Assembly: GCF_009914755.1 (NCBI RefSeq) | Contig: NC_060925.1 | Reading direction: 5' to 3' (one strand) | Origin: the human T2T-CHM13v2.0 reference genome, Homo sapiens | DNA: 64,000 nt | The notes under the pieces: model-generated | What the model was told of the DNA's origin: nothing | The model's database searches: none | What the model saw: the letters and a program-made list of their open reading frames with translations, nothing else | Shown here: piece after piece, positions 45,674 to 63,499 of the stretch | How the letters are laid out: every line of letters starts with the position of its first letter | Numbering within the stretch: the stretch's first letter is position 1 | Translations under genes and position numbers: made by a program

Positions 45674-47259
45674 TCTATTTATGTTCTTGATATTATCTAA
45701 TTTCCTACAGGATTTTGTTCTCATATCTTCTCTCTGTTATCTTTCCATCTCACCTGGACAATTCTATAGCTCACTCCTAGACAGCAAACAAACACACTTA
45801 TCTCCCCATTCTAAAAAATATTCACTCACTCTTACTACATGTTCAACCTCTAATTTTCTCTATTCCTCTCCACAACATCCAGCTTTTTTGAAGTCTACTT
45901 TCTCATTTCCCATTCACTCCTTAACCTTCAACTCCACACTGGCGAATATGGTCATCAACCCCTTAACACAGCAGTTGCTCTTTCATTAGTCACCAATGAG
46001 CTCCTTTCTGTTACTCATCATACCTCCTTCACTGTTTTAATCTTGCTCCTCCTTTTAGATGACTTAAATTCTGTTCATCGCTAAAGTATGAGTGGAAAGT
46101 GGGGTAGTGAACCCAGACAAGACTGGGTGTGGCCCTGGCTTCAACAGTTATTGCACTTTTCTGAGCTGACTGACATAGGACTGGTCTGTCTTCCTAAGGG
46201 ATAACTGAACTAGGGCAGGCACTAGATCCTCATTTATCTTTACATCCTTGAGCTCTTTATATCTTTATATACTGTGTGCTTGGCACATTAAGTAGACACT
46301 CAATGGGGCTGTGGAAGGTAGGAAAGAAAGAAAATGGGGAGGGAATGGGTGGGGAAAAATGCAGGAAACAATTTTACTCATCTTTTTATCCCTAAGTACA
46401 AAGTAGAAAAGTTAACCATAATAGAACCTCAATTAATGTTTGGTGACCCTTACTGAATACATATATACTACCTATTGCATGAAGATTTGGGTTTTGTTTA
46501 ATTTCATTGAACGTTTACATTTAAATTCTGAGAACTGCACATTTACCACAAAACTATGGTTGTAAAAACTATACTGTTAATTATAGTTACAGTTGCTGAC
46601 TCATTAAGCAAATTCATAGTTTTAGAAACATAGTTTTAGTCAATGAAGCAATAAAATATACTTTAGCATTCTTCAACATTCAGACTAGGGGTAGGGGATG
46701 ATAAAGAGAGACAGCGAAGTTAAGACTCAACATGAAATGAGGTAGAAATAAAAAGAACAACACTGAAGTCTGGCCATAGGGTGGTTAAAAGGCTCTGTAA
46801 TTTTCCTAAAATTAACTTTCAAATATATGACAAAATTGTCATAAATAAGTTAGTCTAGGTTTAAAGAGCTTTTTTGAAAGTCTGATTTCTGTTACTTAAG
46901 AAAAAATAAAATGTCTCTAATTTTTAAACAAAGCACACATAAACAAGCTGCTTTCAATAAATGCTCTTTTACTATATTTCAAAGGAAAACTATCTAGCAC
47001 TTTGGAGCACTTATTAAATAGTGAAAAGAAAAATATTTCTTTCTAGTTAAAAAAGGATGAAGACAATTCTTGGGGAGTGGGGGGATCCAAGTAACTGAAT
47101 TCTGTCTATAACTTAAAGTTCCTTTTTTTTTAGCTCTTATTCTCTGTCTTATTTCCAAGTTTCTATTTCCTTTACTTGCTTTTAAATGTCAGTATTCTCC
47201 AGAGTGCTATCCTCTCATCCTTCTCTTAAACATGTTCATTGAGCAATCTCATCTGTACC

Positions 47260-47510
47260 AGAAAAGCACACTGTTTAGGAGTATACCTTCCAGGACCAAA
47301 TGTGCTTGTGTTTGAATCCTGACCCTACTACTTGCTAGGTGTACAACCTTAGACAAGTTACTTAACTTTTCTGTACCTCAGTCTACTCATCTGCAAATCA
47401 AGGATAAAGCAGTGCCAACCTTACAGGGCTGTTGTGAGGCCTCAGTTAATATATATCAAATGCTTACAATGCTGCCTGGCACATAATATGTTTTCTAACT
47501 AAGAGTGTTA
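47260..47510 (+). mobile_element. MIR
   Basis: tttgaatcctgac...ccttagacaagttacttaac..tctgtacctcagt..ctcatctgcaaa...gttgtgagg core. Confidence 0.8.
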
Positions 47511-47570
47511 GCTATAAGAGGGCCATATAATTCACCCAGGGCACTTCTAAGATTTAAGGAAGAGATTATG

Positions 47571-47939
<369 letters not shown>

Positions 47940-50000
47940 TCACCCAACTAGTTAGGATAAGCCATAAAATACAATGATATGCACCATTTCTGCCCTATAA
48001 ATATCATATAATTAACCTAATAATGTTCAGTTCCAGTTAATGAAAACCTAGCAAATACTTAACTATTATTTCTGAAAGTGGGTTCAGTAGGGGTGATGGC
48101 TGAATAGGTCAAAACACTTCAGAAACATCAAGTTAAATAAAGCTAAGTATGTTGGAAAGATGAAGTTTACCATCTAGCCTACCCAAAACTCACTGGTGTG
48201 CTAATTGACTTTATAGCTTAAACTAGTCTTATTTTGCAGCTACAAAGTTATTCTGAAATGAAATTAAAATGAGCTACTAGCTTTTTAAAATATAAGGTAT
48301 GTTATCTATGTTATTCCTCAGGGCCTATCCCATAATGAGTATTAAATAAACATTTCTTGAATGAATGAATGAATATTAAAAACAATTTCTATTATCTCTG
48401 AACTATGAGAGATATGGAGATTGTAACAAAGAATGAAATCCTTAAAAGAAAAAAAGATAATTCAAATTTTCTTGTTCACTACTTAAAAACCATTAAAAGC
48501 CATTTTTGACCTAATAATTCCATCAACCCATGTATTTCATATGTAAATGTTCAATGAAACAGGACTTGCCATGCCATGGATAAAGTTTTAAAGACGGTAA
48601 TAAAAATCTTTTCAGGGTTATTATTTCATTTAAACACTACTGATGTTTATCCAGCCAACAAAAAAGTATAATAGCACAAAGACTGCCTTCTGAATACTCC
48701 CTAGAGGCCAATCAGCCAGGTGTGAGAATTCTGAGGTTAGGGAAACTCTTTGAAACAGAGTTCAAGAAGAGCTACTTAGAAATAAAGAAACAAATTCAGA
48801 TCATGATAGCCATAAAGCAGAATCTGCAGAAGGGAGCATCAAAAAACCAAGGGCAGTTTTGCATATTTACCAATTTAATCTACTATTTCAAAAAAGCTGA
48901 AGCACTAGTCTTATAGTAGTGACCTGCAAAAATTATCGAGCCACATTTAGTCAACAGCAAATATCCAATGGAAAATCTAATGCAATTTTTATATGGATGC
49001 TACTGGAATCTTATATCCAAAAACTGAAGAAGGCCAACCGAAACCCCAAACTACAATTTTATTCTTTCTGATCTTATGTTAGTTCCTGAAATCTGTTATG
49101 AGGAAAAATATTCCTATAGGATAAAAACAATAGTGGGGGCTAATATATATGGAAAATACTACACTAAAAAGTTTGCATACATTATTTCCTTTGGTTTTCA
49201 CAATCATCTTAAATAATACCCGGCTTGACTGTAGGAATCTTAACAGACCCCAAAGGCCGCAGCTCATTTCCAAATGCCTGGTCAGAATTTTCCTTTTTGT
49301 AAGTTTGTATACTTTTTTGCTGGCTTAATTTCTCTTTCCTCAGGTATACTCCAACACAATACACTATTAAGCCTAACTACTGGTAAGGTAGAGTCAAATT
49401 CTGTTACAAAAAGTTCCATATGACCCCTCTACGCTACATGACATGGTAGCAAACGAAACCATGACAGGCAGCTGTGACGAAAATAGCTATACATTTATAA
49501 TTTAAAGTAATATTCCTGGCTAGAATTTATTGGAAAGGAAATATCAAATATTGGAGCTAGAAGAGACTTTAGGGACACTAATCAAAACAAAATTTTATTG
49601 AACATAAATAAGATGCATTTTTACTGTAAACTTTCCAGTCATTATTGTTGTTCTTAAAGTTTAGCAAGTTTGGGAAGAGAAGCTGGAACTCTTGGTTTTA
49701 CATCAAAACCAAGATCATTAATTTTCCTACAGTATACTAGGATTCCTTCTATTTTATATTTTTGTGTAACCCAAATTACTCTATTAAATAGTAGAAATTT
49801 AGAGCTAGACAAAATTTCTAATCCATCCATTTATTTTTACAGGCAAGAAAACAAAGGCCCAGTGTGTCAAGTAGTTTTATATTTTGGTTGCATACAGTTG
49901 GTTACCAAAAGAGTTAGGACTAAAACCCAGGACTTCATTCACATCCAGTGCTTTTCAGCAAAACAAAAAAGTCAATGCTTATCAGTAAGAATTTTAACAG

Positions 50001-50290
50001 GCCAGGCACAGTGGCTCATGCCCATAATCCTGGCACTTTCAGAAGCCAAGATGGGAGGATCGCTTGAGGCCAGGAGTTTAAGACCCACCTGGGCAACACA
50101 GCAAGACCCCATCTCTACAAAAAAATTAAAAATTAGCAGGCATGGTTGCATACACCTGTAGTTCCAGCTACTAGGGAGGCTGTGGCAGGAGGATGTCCTG
50201 AGCCCAGGAGTTCAAGGTTGCAGTGCGCTATGATCGCACTCCAACCTGGGTGACAGAGTGAGACCCTGTCTCAATAATTTTTTTTAAAAA
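50001..50290 (+). mobile_element. AluJ
   Basis: ggaggatcgcttgaggccaggag...gagcccaggagttcaaggttgcag. Confidence 0.92.
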
Positions 50291-50776
50291 ATTATAATAA
50301 CAGTTATCACTTATCAAGCACCTATTATGAGCCTAGCACTACTATATTAAGGATTCTATGTAATTATCTCAAATCCTCCCAACAACATTAAAAGTCCAGA
50401 TCTATCTGCCTCCAAAGCCAGCTGTACCTTCTCTTCCATCATACTGCTTTCATAATCCCAAGGAGAAATCCAGGTTGGTGGGGCAAGTGGGGGACAGGAT
50501 GGTTGTTTTGTTTCTTTTTGTTACTACTGAAGTTATCCACATAGAGTTACTTCATTTTTGTGAAGGACTTAAAAATATTAGGTTATGTACATGAAAAACA
50601 CTTTTACTTATAAAAAAGAAAAGGCTTCCACTGCATCTTTATGAAAACATAAACTAAAAAAGTTGTGAAGACTCACTTATATAAGCAATCAAAGACTAAT
50701 TCCTTCCTAAGGAATGTGATTTCAACACAAGGCTTTCATTTGACAACTTGGTTTGTTACAGAACAAAGACGTACAT

Positions 50777-50778
<2 letters not shown>

Positions 50779-50818
<40 letters not shown>
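50779..50818. repeat. (AC)20 perfect microsatellite
   Basis: Direct reading. Confidence 0.97.
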
Positions 50819-50821
<3 letters not shown>

Positions 50822-50829
50822 AGACTGAA

Positions 50830-51335
50830 AGGAAATGTGCCAAAAATGTTAAAAGCCACTACTCCCCGACAACTCATAACCACAGTGACCTCCTTCAAGA
50901 AATGAGCACATAACCCAGGATCCAGACAATCAAGTTTGCCATCCCCCTGACTCCTGGCTACCGTGATACATTAAGGGATGAAAAACTGACATAAGGAGGA
51001 ACACAGAGTCACCTCTGAAATTTACCATATAACTGGTGAGAAGGAGTCTATCTTCCTTTCAGACAGTGAGCCGTGATGACGTTGCCCTGAGGCTATAAGC
51101 ACACAACAGAAGCCTGCTTGAGAATGAAGCCATGGCAGGTGGAAACAGAGCCAGCCCACACAGCAGAAGAAGACCCTTGACATCATCATCAGGGTTCTAG
51201 ATCCACGCATGCCTGAGATCAGTCCATCTTGGACTCCCATTTACTTAATCTAACATATCCACTGTCTTTTAATTTTTTGCTTGACTGCTTGAGTTGGATT
51301 TGTGCTGCTTAAATTTTTAATAGTACTGACTAGTC
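50830..51335 (+). mobile_element. Old MaLR LTR (MLT1J/K-like)
   Basis: gcctgcttgagaatgaagcca...ctagatccacgcatgcctgag...gcttgagttggattt...ctgactag. Confidence 0.6.
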
Positions 51336-51524
51336 TCAGAGAGAAGCCCTCAGTTAAAAAATAACACTACACTGCAAAATTTGAAACATTTTAAAATTAG
51401 GTCAATTAATCATTTTGTCTATCTAAAATATACTTTTAAATTACTGTAACAAAACTTTTAAAATTAAACTAGTAATACATTTAGTGTTCCTAAATAAGAT
51501 TATTCTAAATCTTTATGTATTAGC

Positions 51525-52057
<533 letters not shown>

Positions 52058-54174
52058 TTAGAGTGTTACATTGCCTGATATTTTGTTTGTATTAACATTT
52101 TTCTAATGGTAGAACATACCACAACTTTACTCCCTTGGCTTTTCAAACTTCTGCCATACCACTCACCAACTATAGGTTATGTTAGGTGGGCAGAGATTTC
52201 TTCATTCACACTCCCGGGATACATAAATAGAAGAGGAAGTTCTAAAACCGTGATGATTCTGCCTTCTCCAAATTCACAGAGAACATCACAACCATCACAG
52301 AGAAATTCCCTCTTTTTTCCTCTTCTGTTCCTCAGTAATTCTTCCTTCCCTCTGCTCATCCCTCATGCTCACCTTCCCTCTGGACCAACTGGGAGTTTGC
52401 CTCTCCTCCTTTCAAAGATTAACCCCATCACCTATGTTCTCATCTCCTCCCAACCTTCACTCCATCTTATTCTTTCTCTGCCAGCTATAGTATTTCCTAC
52501 CACACTAGCACGTTCCCCTCTGCCATCACATATACAAAAATTTTCTCTAACTTAAAAAAAATATTTCACTTAACCAAGCTGCTCACTTTATTGCTCTCCT
52601 ACTTTTCACTGACAGATTTTTCAAATGAATGGTTTAAATCTGGTATTTAAGCATCACTCTTCCCTTATTCCCCAAAAGTCTAGCTTCCTCCCTCCCCTCA
52701 AATCCCTGAAACTGAATTCATGATATTTCTTTTATTGTCAAATCCAATGGCCCCTTTAATTTCATTTCCTCATGCACACCGCTGTATGTGGCGTTATTTC
52801 ACTATCCTCTTGTAAAATCTTGCCCATTGGTTCAATGACATTATAATCCATTTTAGCTCTCTTGCTGTTGGACTTCTCTAAAGAGGTCTCCTTTTCCTCT
52901 CATTCCCTGTTAGTAAAGTGTGTGTTTCTCATATTCATTCTTCAGTCCATTCTTCAATGTTCATTTTCCATATGCTTTCTCTGAAAAATTATATCTATCA
53001 TTAAAACTGTGTTGTTCTCCAATATAAGGCAAAATTACAACACACATACAAAAGGGTGAATAACCATTTTCCTTCCCAAATTAGGACTACTCCCAAATTT
53101 TCTGAAAATGGCATCACTTGTCTTCCCTAAAACCATGGCATGCACACACACACTCCTCAGCATGCTTCCTATTTTCTATTGCCTAGAACACCCTTCTTCC
53201 CTTCTCACCCAAAAAAATTCCTATCAGTCTCAAATGCCCCTTCCTCTGTGAAGCCTTTCCTGCCACACACCCATCACCCAATGAACATGACTTCCTAGTT
53301 CTCCCTTCTATAGAACCATGGCACTAAGTAGATACCTTTACTATAGCACTTTTTAAATGATTTTAGGTTGCTATGTTTTTCATCTCACCCAATAACTATG
53401 TCCAGGTGCAAGGAGCACGTTTTATTCTTTTTGTTTCTTTAGTTGCTATAACATGATAGGCATGTACTTGGTAAGTATTTATTAGGGAAAAAAAAACACT
53501 TGAAAGGTCCCAGTTCAGAATGTCAGAAGCATAATCAAGACACTTCATATACCTGCAGTGCTTTGCAAGCATCAAAGTTGAAAGTGCTAGCTTTGTGAAT
53601 ACCAAAAGCATTAACTGACTACACCAGTCATTTAGCATTTTGGTTTCCTGCCACAAATATACTTCCATCTTTACATGCATATGTGTCTTATCTTCTTAAA
53701 TGGGTAAGTACTTTCAGACTACAACTTTTAATGTTAAGTACATTGTATTATCTAGTGTGATTCCTTGTACCTTAGTAGGGTCTCAATAAATATCACATAG
53801 CTATTTGATGTGTCTCATTGTTAGGAGTTCTAAAACTATCTGAGAGATCTGTCATTAACTTATTGTTTTAAATTAAATCAGTTTTTCAAAATTACTCATT
53901 AAGGAAAATATGCATACATGGAACTCAAATACCTTCAAATCCATGATCCAAATAATATATTAACTTTTAAAAAGAAAAGGCAAGAGTGGGTTCTTTCAGT
54001 GGTAGTAATGCATCTTTCCTTGCAAATATGGATCTCAAATATGGATTACATATGGCCATTAAAAAGCAATTTCCCTATAATTCATAACGTAAAAACTGAT
54101 TCAGGCAATATCATCAATGGAGGTAAAAGGCTATTGGGAACAATCATCCCACAGATTTATAAATGAGAAAAATA

Positions 54175-55201
54175 GGGAGCAGTTCCAAGATGGCCGAATA
54201 GGAAAAGCTACAGTCTACAGATCCCAGTGTGAGCGACACAGAAGACGGGTGATTTCTGCATTTCCAAATGAGGTACCAGGTTCATCTCAATGGGGATTGT
54301 CGGACAGTGGGTGCAGGACAGGGGGTGCAGTGCACCAAGCGTGAGCCAAAGCAGGGTGAGGCATCACCTCACCCGGGAAGCACAAGGCGTCAGGGAATTC
54401 CCTTTCCTAGCCAAGTGAAGGGGTGACAAACAGCACCTGGAAAATCGGGTCACTCCCACCCTAATACTGCGCTTTTCCAACGGACTTAGCAAACGGCACA
54501 CCAGGAGATTATATCCCATGCCTGGCTCGGAGGGTCCTATGCCCACAGAGCCTCGCTCGTTGCTAGCACAGCAGTCTGAGATCAAACTGCAACGCGGCAG
54601 CAAGGCTGAGGGAGGGGCGCCCGCCATTGCTGAGGCTTGAGTAGGTAAACAAAGCAGCCGGGAAGCTCGAACTGGGTGGAGCCCACCACAACTAAAGGAG
54701 ACCTGCCTGCCTCTGTAGACTCCACCTCTGGGGGCAAGGCATAGCCAAACAAAAGGCAGCAGAGACCTCTGCAGACTTAAATGTCCCTGTCTGACAGCTT
54801 GGAAGACAGTAGTGGTTCTCCCAGCACAGAGCTTGAGATCTGAGAACAGACAGACTGCCTCCTCAAGTGGGTCCCTGACCCCCGAGTAGCCTAACTGGGA
54901 GGCAACCCCCAGTAGGGGCAGACTGACACCTCACACGGCCGGGCACCCCTCTGAGACGAAACTTCCAGAGGAACAATCAGGCAGCAACATTTGCTGTTCA
55001 CCAATATTTGCTGTTCTGCAGCCTCTGCTAATGATACCCAGGCAAACAGTGTCTGAAGTGGACCTCCAGCAAACTCCAACAGACCTGCAGCTGAGGGTCC
55101 TGACTGTTAGAAGGAAAACTAACAAATAGAAAGACATCCACACCAAAAACCCATCTGTACGTCACCATCATCAAAGACCAAAGGCAGATAAAACCACAAA
55201 G
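54175..55201 (+). promoter_or_regulatory. L1 5'UTR (sense and antisense promoter), YY1 site retained
   Basis: caagatggcc at about 54187-54196; retains the roughly 129-bp segment (about 54946-55074) that is absent from L1PA2/L1HS; partial CpG decay. Confidence 0.8.
54364..54627 (-). CDS. L1 ORF0 homologue (antisense ORF), 87 aa, open; expression unknown
   Basis: MAGAPPSALLPRCSLISDCCASNERGSVG...IRVGVTRFSRC matches primate L1 ORF0. Confidence 0.7.
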   Translation of the reverse strand: MAGAPPSALLPRCSLISDCCASNERGSVGIGPSEPGMGYNLLVCRLLSPLEKRSIRVGVTRFSRCCLSPLHLARKGNSLTPCASRVR

Positions 55202-56217
55202 ATAGGAAAAAAAGAGCAGAAAAACTGAAAATTCTAAAAATCAGAGCACCTCTCCTCCTCCAAAGGAACGCAGCTCCTCACCAGGAACGGAACAAAGCTG
55301 GAAGGAGGATGACTTTGACGAGTTGAGAGCAGAAGGCTTCAGACAATCAAACTTCTCAGAGCTAAAGGAGGAAGTTGGAACCCAACACAAAGAAGTTAAA
55401 AACCTTGAAAAAAGATTAGATGAATGGCTAACTAGAATAACCAATGCAGAGAAGTCCTTAAAGGACCTGATGGAGCTGAAAACCATGGCACGAGAACTAC
55501 GTGACGAATGCACAAGCTTCAGTAGCCGATTCGATCAACTGGAAGAAAGGGTATCAGTGATGGAAGATCAAATGAATGAAATGAAGCGAGAAGAGAAGTT
55601 TAGAGAAAAAAGAATAAAAAGAAATGAACAAAGCTTCCAAGAAATATGGGACTATGTGAAAAGACCAAATCTACGTCTGATTGGTGCACCTGAAAGTGAC
55701 AGGGAGAATGGAACCAAGTTGGAAAACACTCTACAGGATATTATCCAGGAGAACTTCCCCAATCCAGCAAGGCAGGCCAACATTCAGATTCAGGAAATAC
55801 AGAAAACGCCACAAAGATACTCCTCAAGAAGAGCAACTCCAAGACACATAATTGTCAGATTCGCCAAAGTTGAAATGAAGGGAAAAATGTTAAGGGCAGC
55901 CAGAGAGAAAGGTCGGGTTACCCACAAAAGGGAAGCCCATCAGACTAACAGCTGATCTCTCGGCAGAAACTCTGTAAGCCAGAAGAGTGTGGGGGCCAAT
56001 ATTCAACATACTTAAAGAAAAGAATTTTCAATCCAGAATTTCACATCCAGCCAAACTAAGCTTCATAAGTGAAGGAGAAATAAAATACTTTACAGACAAG
56101 TAAATGCTGAGAGATTTTGTCACCACCAGGTCTGCCCTAAAAGAGCTCCTGAAGGAGGCGCTAAACATGGAAAGGAACAACCAGTACCAGCCACTGCAAA
56201 AACATGCCAAATTGTAA
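55202..56217 (+). pseudogene. L1 ORF1p (disrupted)
   Basis: Start codon changed to ATA at 55202; coiled-coil/RRM peptide in ORF 55323-55955; frameshift near 55925 and stops near 55975 and 56101. Confidence 0.92.
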
Positions 56218-56280
56218 AGACCATCAATGCTAGGAAGAAACTGTATCAACTAACGAGCAAAATAACCAGCTAACATCATA

Positions 56281-60100
<3,820 letters not shown>

Positions 60101-60499
60101 ACAGTGAGAACACTTGGACATAGGAAGGGGGACATCACACACCGGGGCCTGTTGTGGGGTGGGGGGAGGGGGGAGGGATAGCATTAGGAGATATATCTAA
60201 TGTAAATGACGAGTTAATGGGTGCAGCACACCAACATGGCACATGTATACATATGTAACAAACCTGCACGTTGTGCACATGTACCCTAGAACTTAAAGTA
60301 TAAAAAAAAAGAGAAAAATATATCTTTACAGTGAAGAGATCCAGCAGTCACCTTCTTGATTAAGTATGTATCATGTATGCAGTATTCTCACCAAAAAAGG
60401 TTCAACCTGAATCTAACAATGAGGAAAAGCTGGACAAATTCAGAATGTGGGATATTCACAAAACAAGTGATATAAAACCCTCAAAAAAATTAGAATCAA

Positions 60500-60645
60500 A
60501 ATTGGGTTCAGTGTATATTGCTTGGGTGATGGGTGTACCAAAATCTCGTAAGTCACCACTAAAGAGCTTACTTGTGTAACCAAATACCACCTGTTCCCCA
60601 AACGCCTATGGAAATAAAAAAAAAAGAAAAAAAGTACATAATAAA
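60500..60645 (+). mobile_element. Tiny 5'-truncated L1PB1-like 3' end
   Basis: aattgggttcagtgtata..gggtgatgggtgtaccaaaatctc...accacctgttcccc...ctatggaaataaaaa; TSD aaaaaaattagaatcaa on both sides. Confidence 0.85.
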
Positions 60646-60950
60646 AAAAAAATTAGAATCAATGTCATAGAAAGCAATATAACGTTAGATTTTTATTTTC
60701 TAGAATAAAACAGTCTCAGGTGACATAACCAAATATAGTGTAAGGACCCTGGATTTTAAAAAATTTATAAACTTTTATGGACTACCATATTAGGCATAAT
60801 TATGAAATATGATTTTTCTTAGTTGTGTTAATGATACTGTGATTATGAATAGCCTAACCTTGGAAATTCATGCTAGAAGAACTTAGAGATAAAGTGATAT
60901 CTACAGCTTCCATTCAAATGATTCAATTAAAAATTTTAAAGAGTATATGG

Positions 60951-61228
60951 ACTGGGCACAGTGACTCACACCTGTATTCCCAGCATTTTTGGAGGCCAAG
61001 GCAGGAGGATCACTTGAGCCCAGGAGGTCAAGATTAGCCTGGACAATCTAGTGAGACCCCAACTCTTAAAAATTAAAACATTAGCCAGGTGGTGGTGCAC
61101 ACCTGTAGTCCCAGCTACCTGGGAGGCTCATTCAGGAGGATTGCTTGAGCCCAGGAGTTAGAGGCTGCACCAAGCTTTGATCCACTCCAGCCTAAGCAAC
61201 AGAGTGAGATCAGGTCACAAAATAAAAT
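60951..61228 (+). mobile_element. AluJ
   Basis: Diverged dimer. Confidence 0.9.
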
Positions 61229-62065
61229 TTTTAAATATATGTAAAGCAAATGTGACAAAATGTTAAGGATATTTTTGTGCTCATGAACACAATACATTCA
61301 GCTTTTCTATATATTTTTAAATCTTCAAAATAAAAAGTTAAAAGGGAAAGTAATATTCTCTTCTTTCCAATCACTGTAAACATTAGTAAATTGATAGAGG
61401 GGCTTATCTTGAAGAGATTTAGTTTAGATTAAGTATAGAACCCTATTATATCTAACATTTATTTTAAATACTTTTACAATATAAATAAACTAACCTGAGA
61501 ATATAAGCTATAAAAACATAACTTTACAATCTAAGAATAAAACAAATGGAAAAAATTCTTCCTCATTCTACATATAAAATTTTGTAGTTCCTAGAAATAA
61601 TTATTGGTCAGAAAACTCTTCTTACCAATGTTTAATAGAACACATATTCATGAATATTCTTGAGCTTACATCTTCCAATGATACACAGTCATCCCATGAT
61701 CCTAACAATTCATGACCTTTGGAATCACAAATCTTATTTTTACTCTGCATCAAATGTTCTCCCCCAACCCCACTACCTGCCTCTGTTGCCAGGCTGCCAT
61801 CTTATCAGCCTCCCAAATTCAACTTAACTGTCACTCCATTAGCTATCTATCACTGCATAACAGATTACCACAAAACTTAGCACTTTAAAATAACAATAAG
61901 CCTTTATGATCTCACAGTTTCTGTTGGGTCAGGAATTCAAGACCAGTGATGCATAAGGCATAGCAAAACTACGATCAGCACTCCTGTTCAAACAAAGGAC
62001 AATTAGGAGGTGTGTGGGAGTCACTGACCCATAGCAATTCTGAAATCCAGCAGGTGTTTTGAGGC

Positions 62066-62167
62066 AACACTTTGGATCTTTCTAAGATCTTAAAGGACTT
62101 TAAAGTCACAACTTCAAAACACCTGGATATTTCTAAGGTCTTAAAGGACATTAAAGTCACATCTTCA
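62066..62167. repeat. Two-copy ~51-bp tandem duplication
   Basis: aacactttggatctttctaagatcttaaaggactttaaagtcacaacttca / aacacctggatatttctaaggtcttaaaggacattaaagtcacatcttca. Confidence 0.9.
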
Positions 62168-62742
62168 GCTTGATCTGTAGATCAAGTTTTCCCATGAGGG
62201 TCCTAGATTGGATCTTTTCTAGAACCCATTTCTTAATTTTAGTATCAATGATCATACGAAGAGGCTGGGAATTTTCAAGCCCTACAGTTCCCTGCTCTTT
62301 TTTCTTTAATAGTATTTCATTTTGCTTATCTCTCTCCTTTTACATTTTATACATAAGTAGCAAGAAGAAACCAGGTAGCTTCTTCAACATTCTGATAAGA
62401 AATCTCCTTAGCTAGATCACTTCATTCATAGGTTACATTTTTCTATTTTCCATCTTATTGCACATGACAGAGTTGCTAAACTTTCTGCCACCACAGAACA
62501 AGGATCCCCTTTCCTCGTGTTTCCGTTAATATTTTTCTCACTTTCCTTTAAGCCCTCGAGCAAAGCCTTCTCAAAGGCTTCTACTTCTACTCAAACTTCT
62601 ACTAACAGTCAACTCAAGGCTCTACATGCTTTCACTAATGTTTCAAAATCCTTCAAGCTTGTAGCCAGTTCCAAATTCAAAAGACAGTACTACATTTTTG
62701 TTACAACAAAACAAAACCACTCTGATACCAAAATCTATATTG

Positions 62743-63101
<359 letters not shown>

Positions 63102-63499
63102 TAGTATTTTCAATACAATAAGGTTTTATTATACAGTTTCTGTGGGAAAGGAGTGACTTAGCTAGGTGGTTCTGCACCAGGGTCTGTCATGAAATTGCAG
63201 ACAATATGTTAGCCAGGGATGTAGTCATCAGAAGACCCTACTTGGTTTCTACTATGGCTTGCTCATATGATGGAAAAGTTCATGATAGTTTTTGGCTTAT
63301 AATTCCATTTCTGGTGGGAATAGCAGCTTAATGGCCATTCCACCTTTAGATGAGTCAAGATGGTGTTTTTCTAGGTCACATAGCAGTTTGAATTGCTTTT
63401 TGAACTAGCATATCAACAGCTTATCTTCCACATTTTAAATCACAACATTTGAGTAATTCATAGTTTCACTAAAACATGTAAAAACTCAGTAGTGATGAT

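Noticed and set aside
52106-52555. 149-aa Pro/Ser/Leu-rich ORF
   Set aside because: Pyrimidine-rich, L2-like degenerate sequence with low stop density; no coding signal
54931-55146. 71-aa antisense ORF in the L1 5'UTR, the same length as canonical ORF0
   Set aside because: The sequence is not ORF0; the real homologue is 54364-54627
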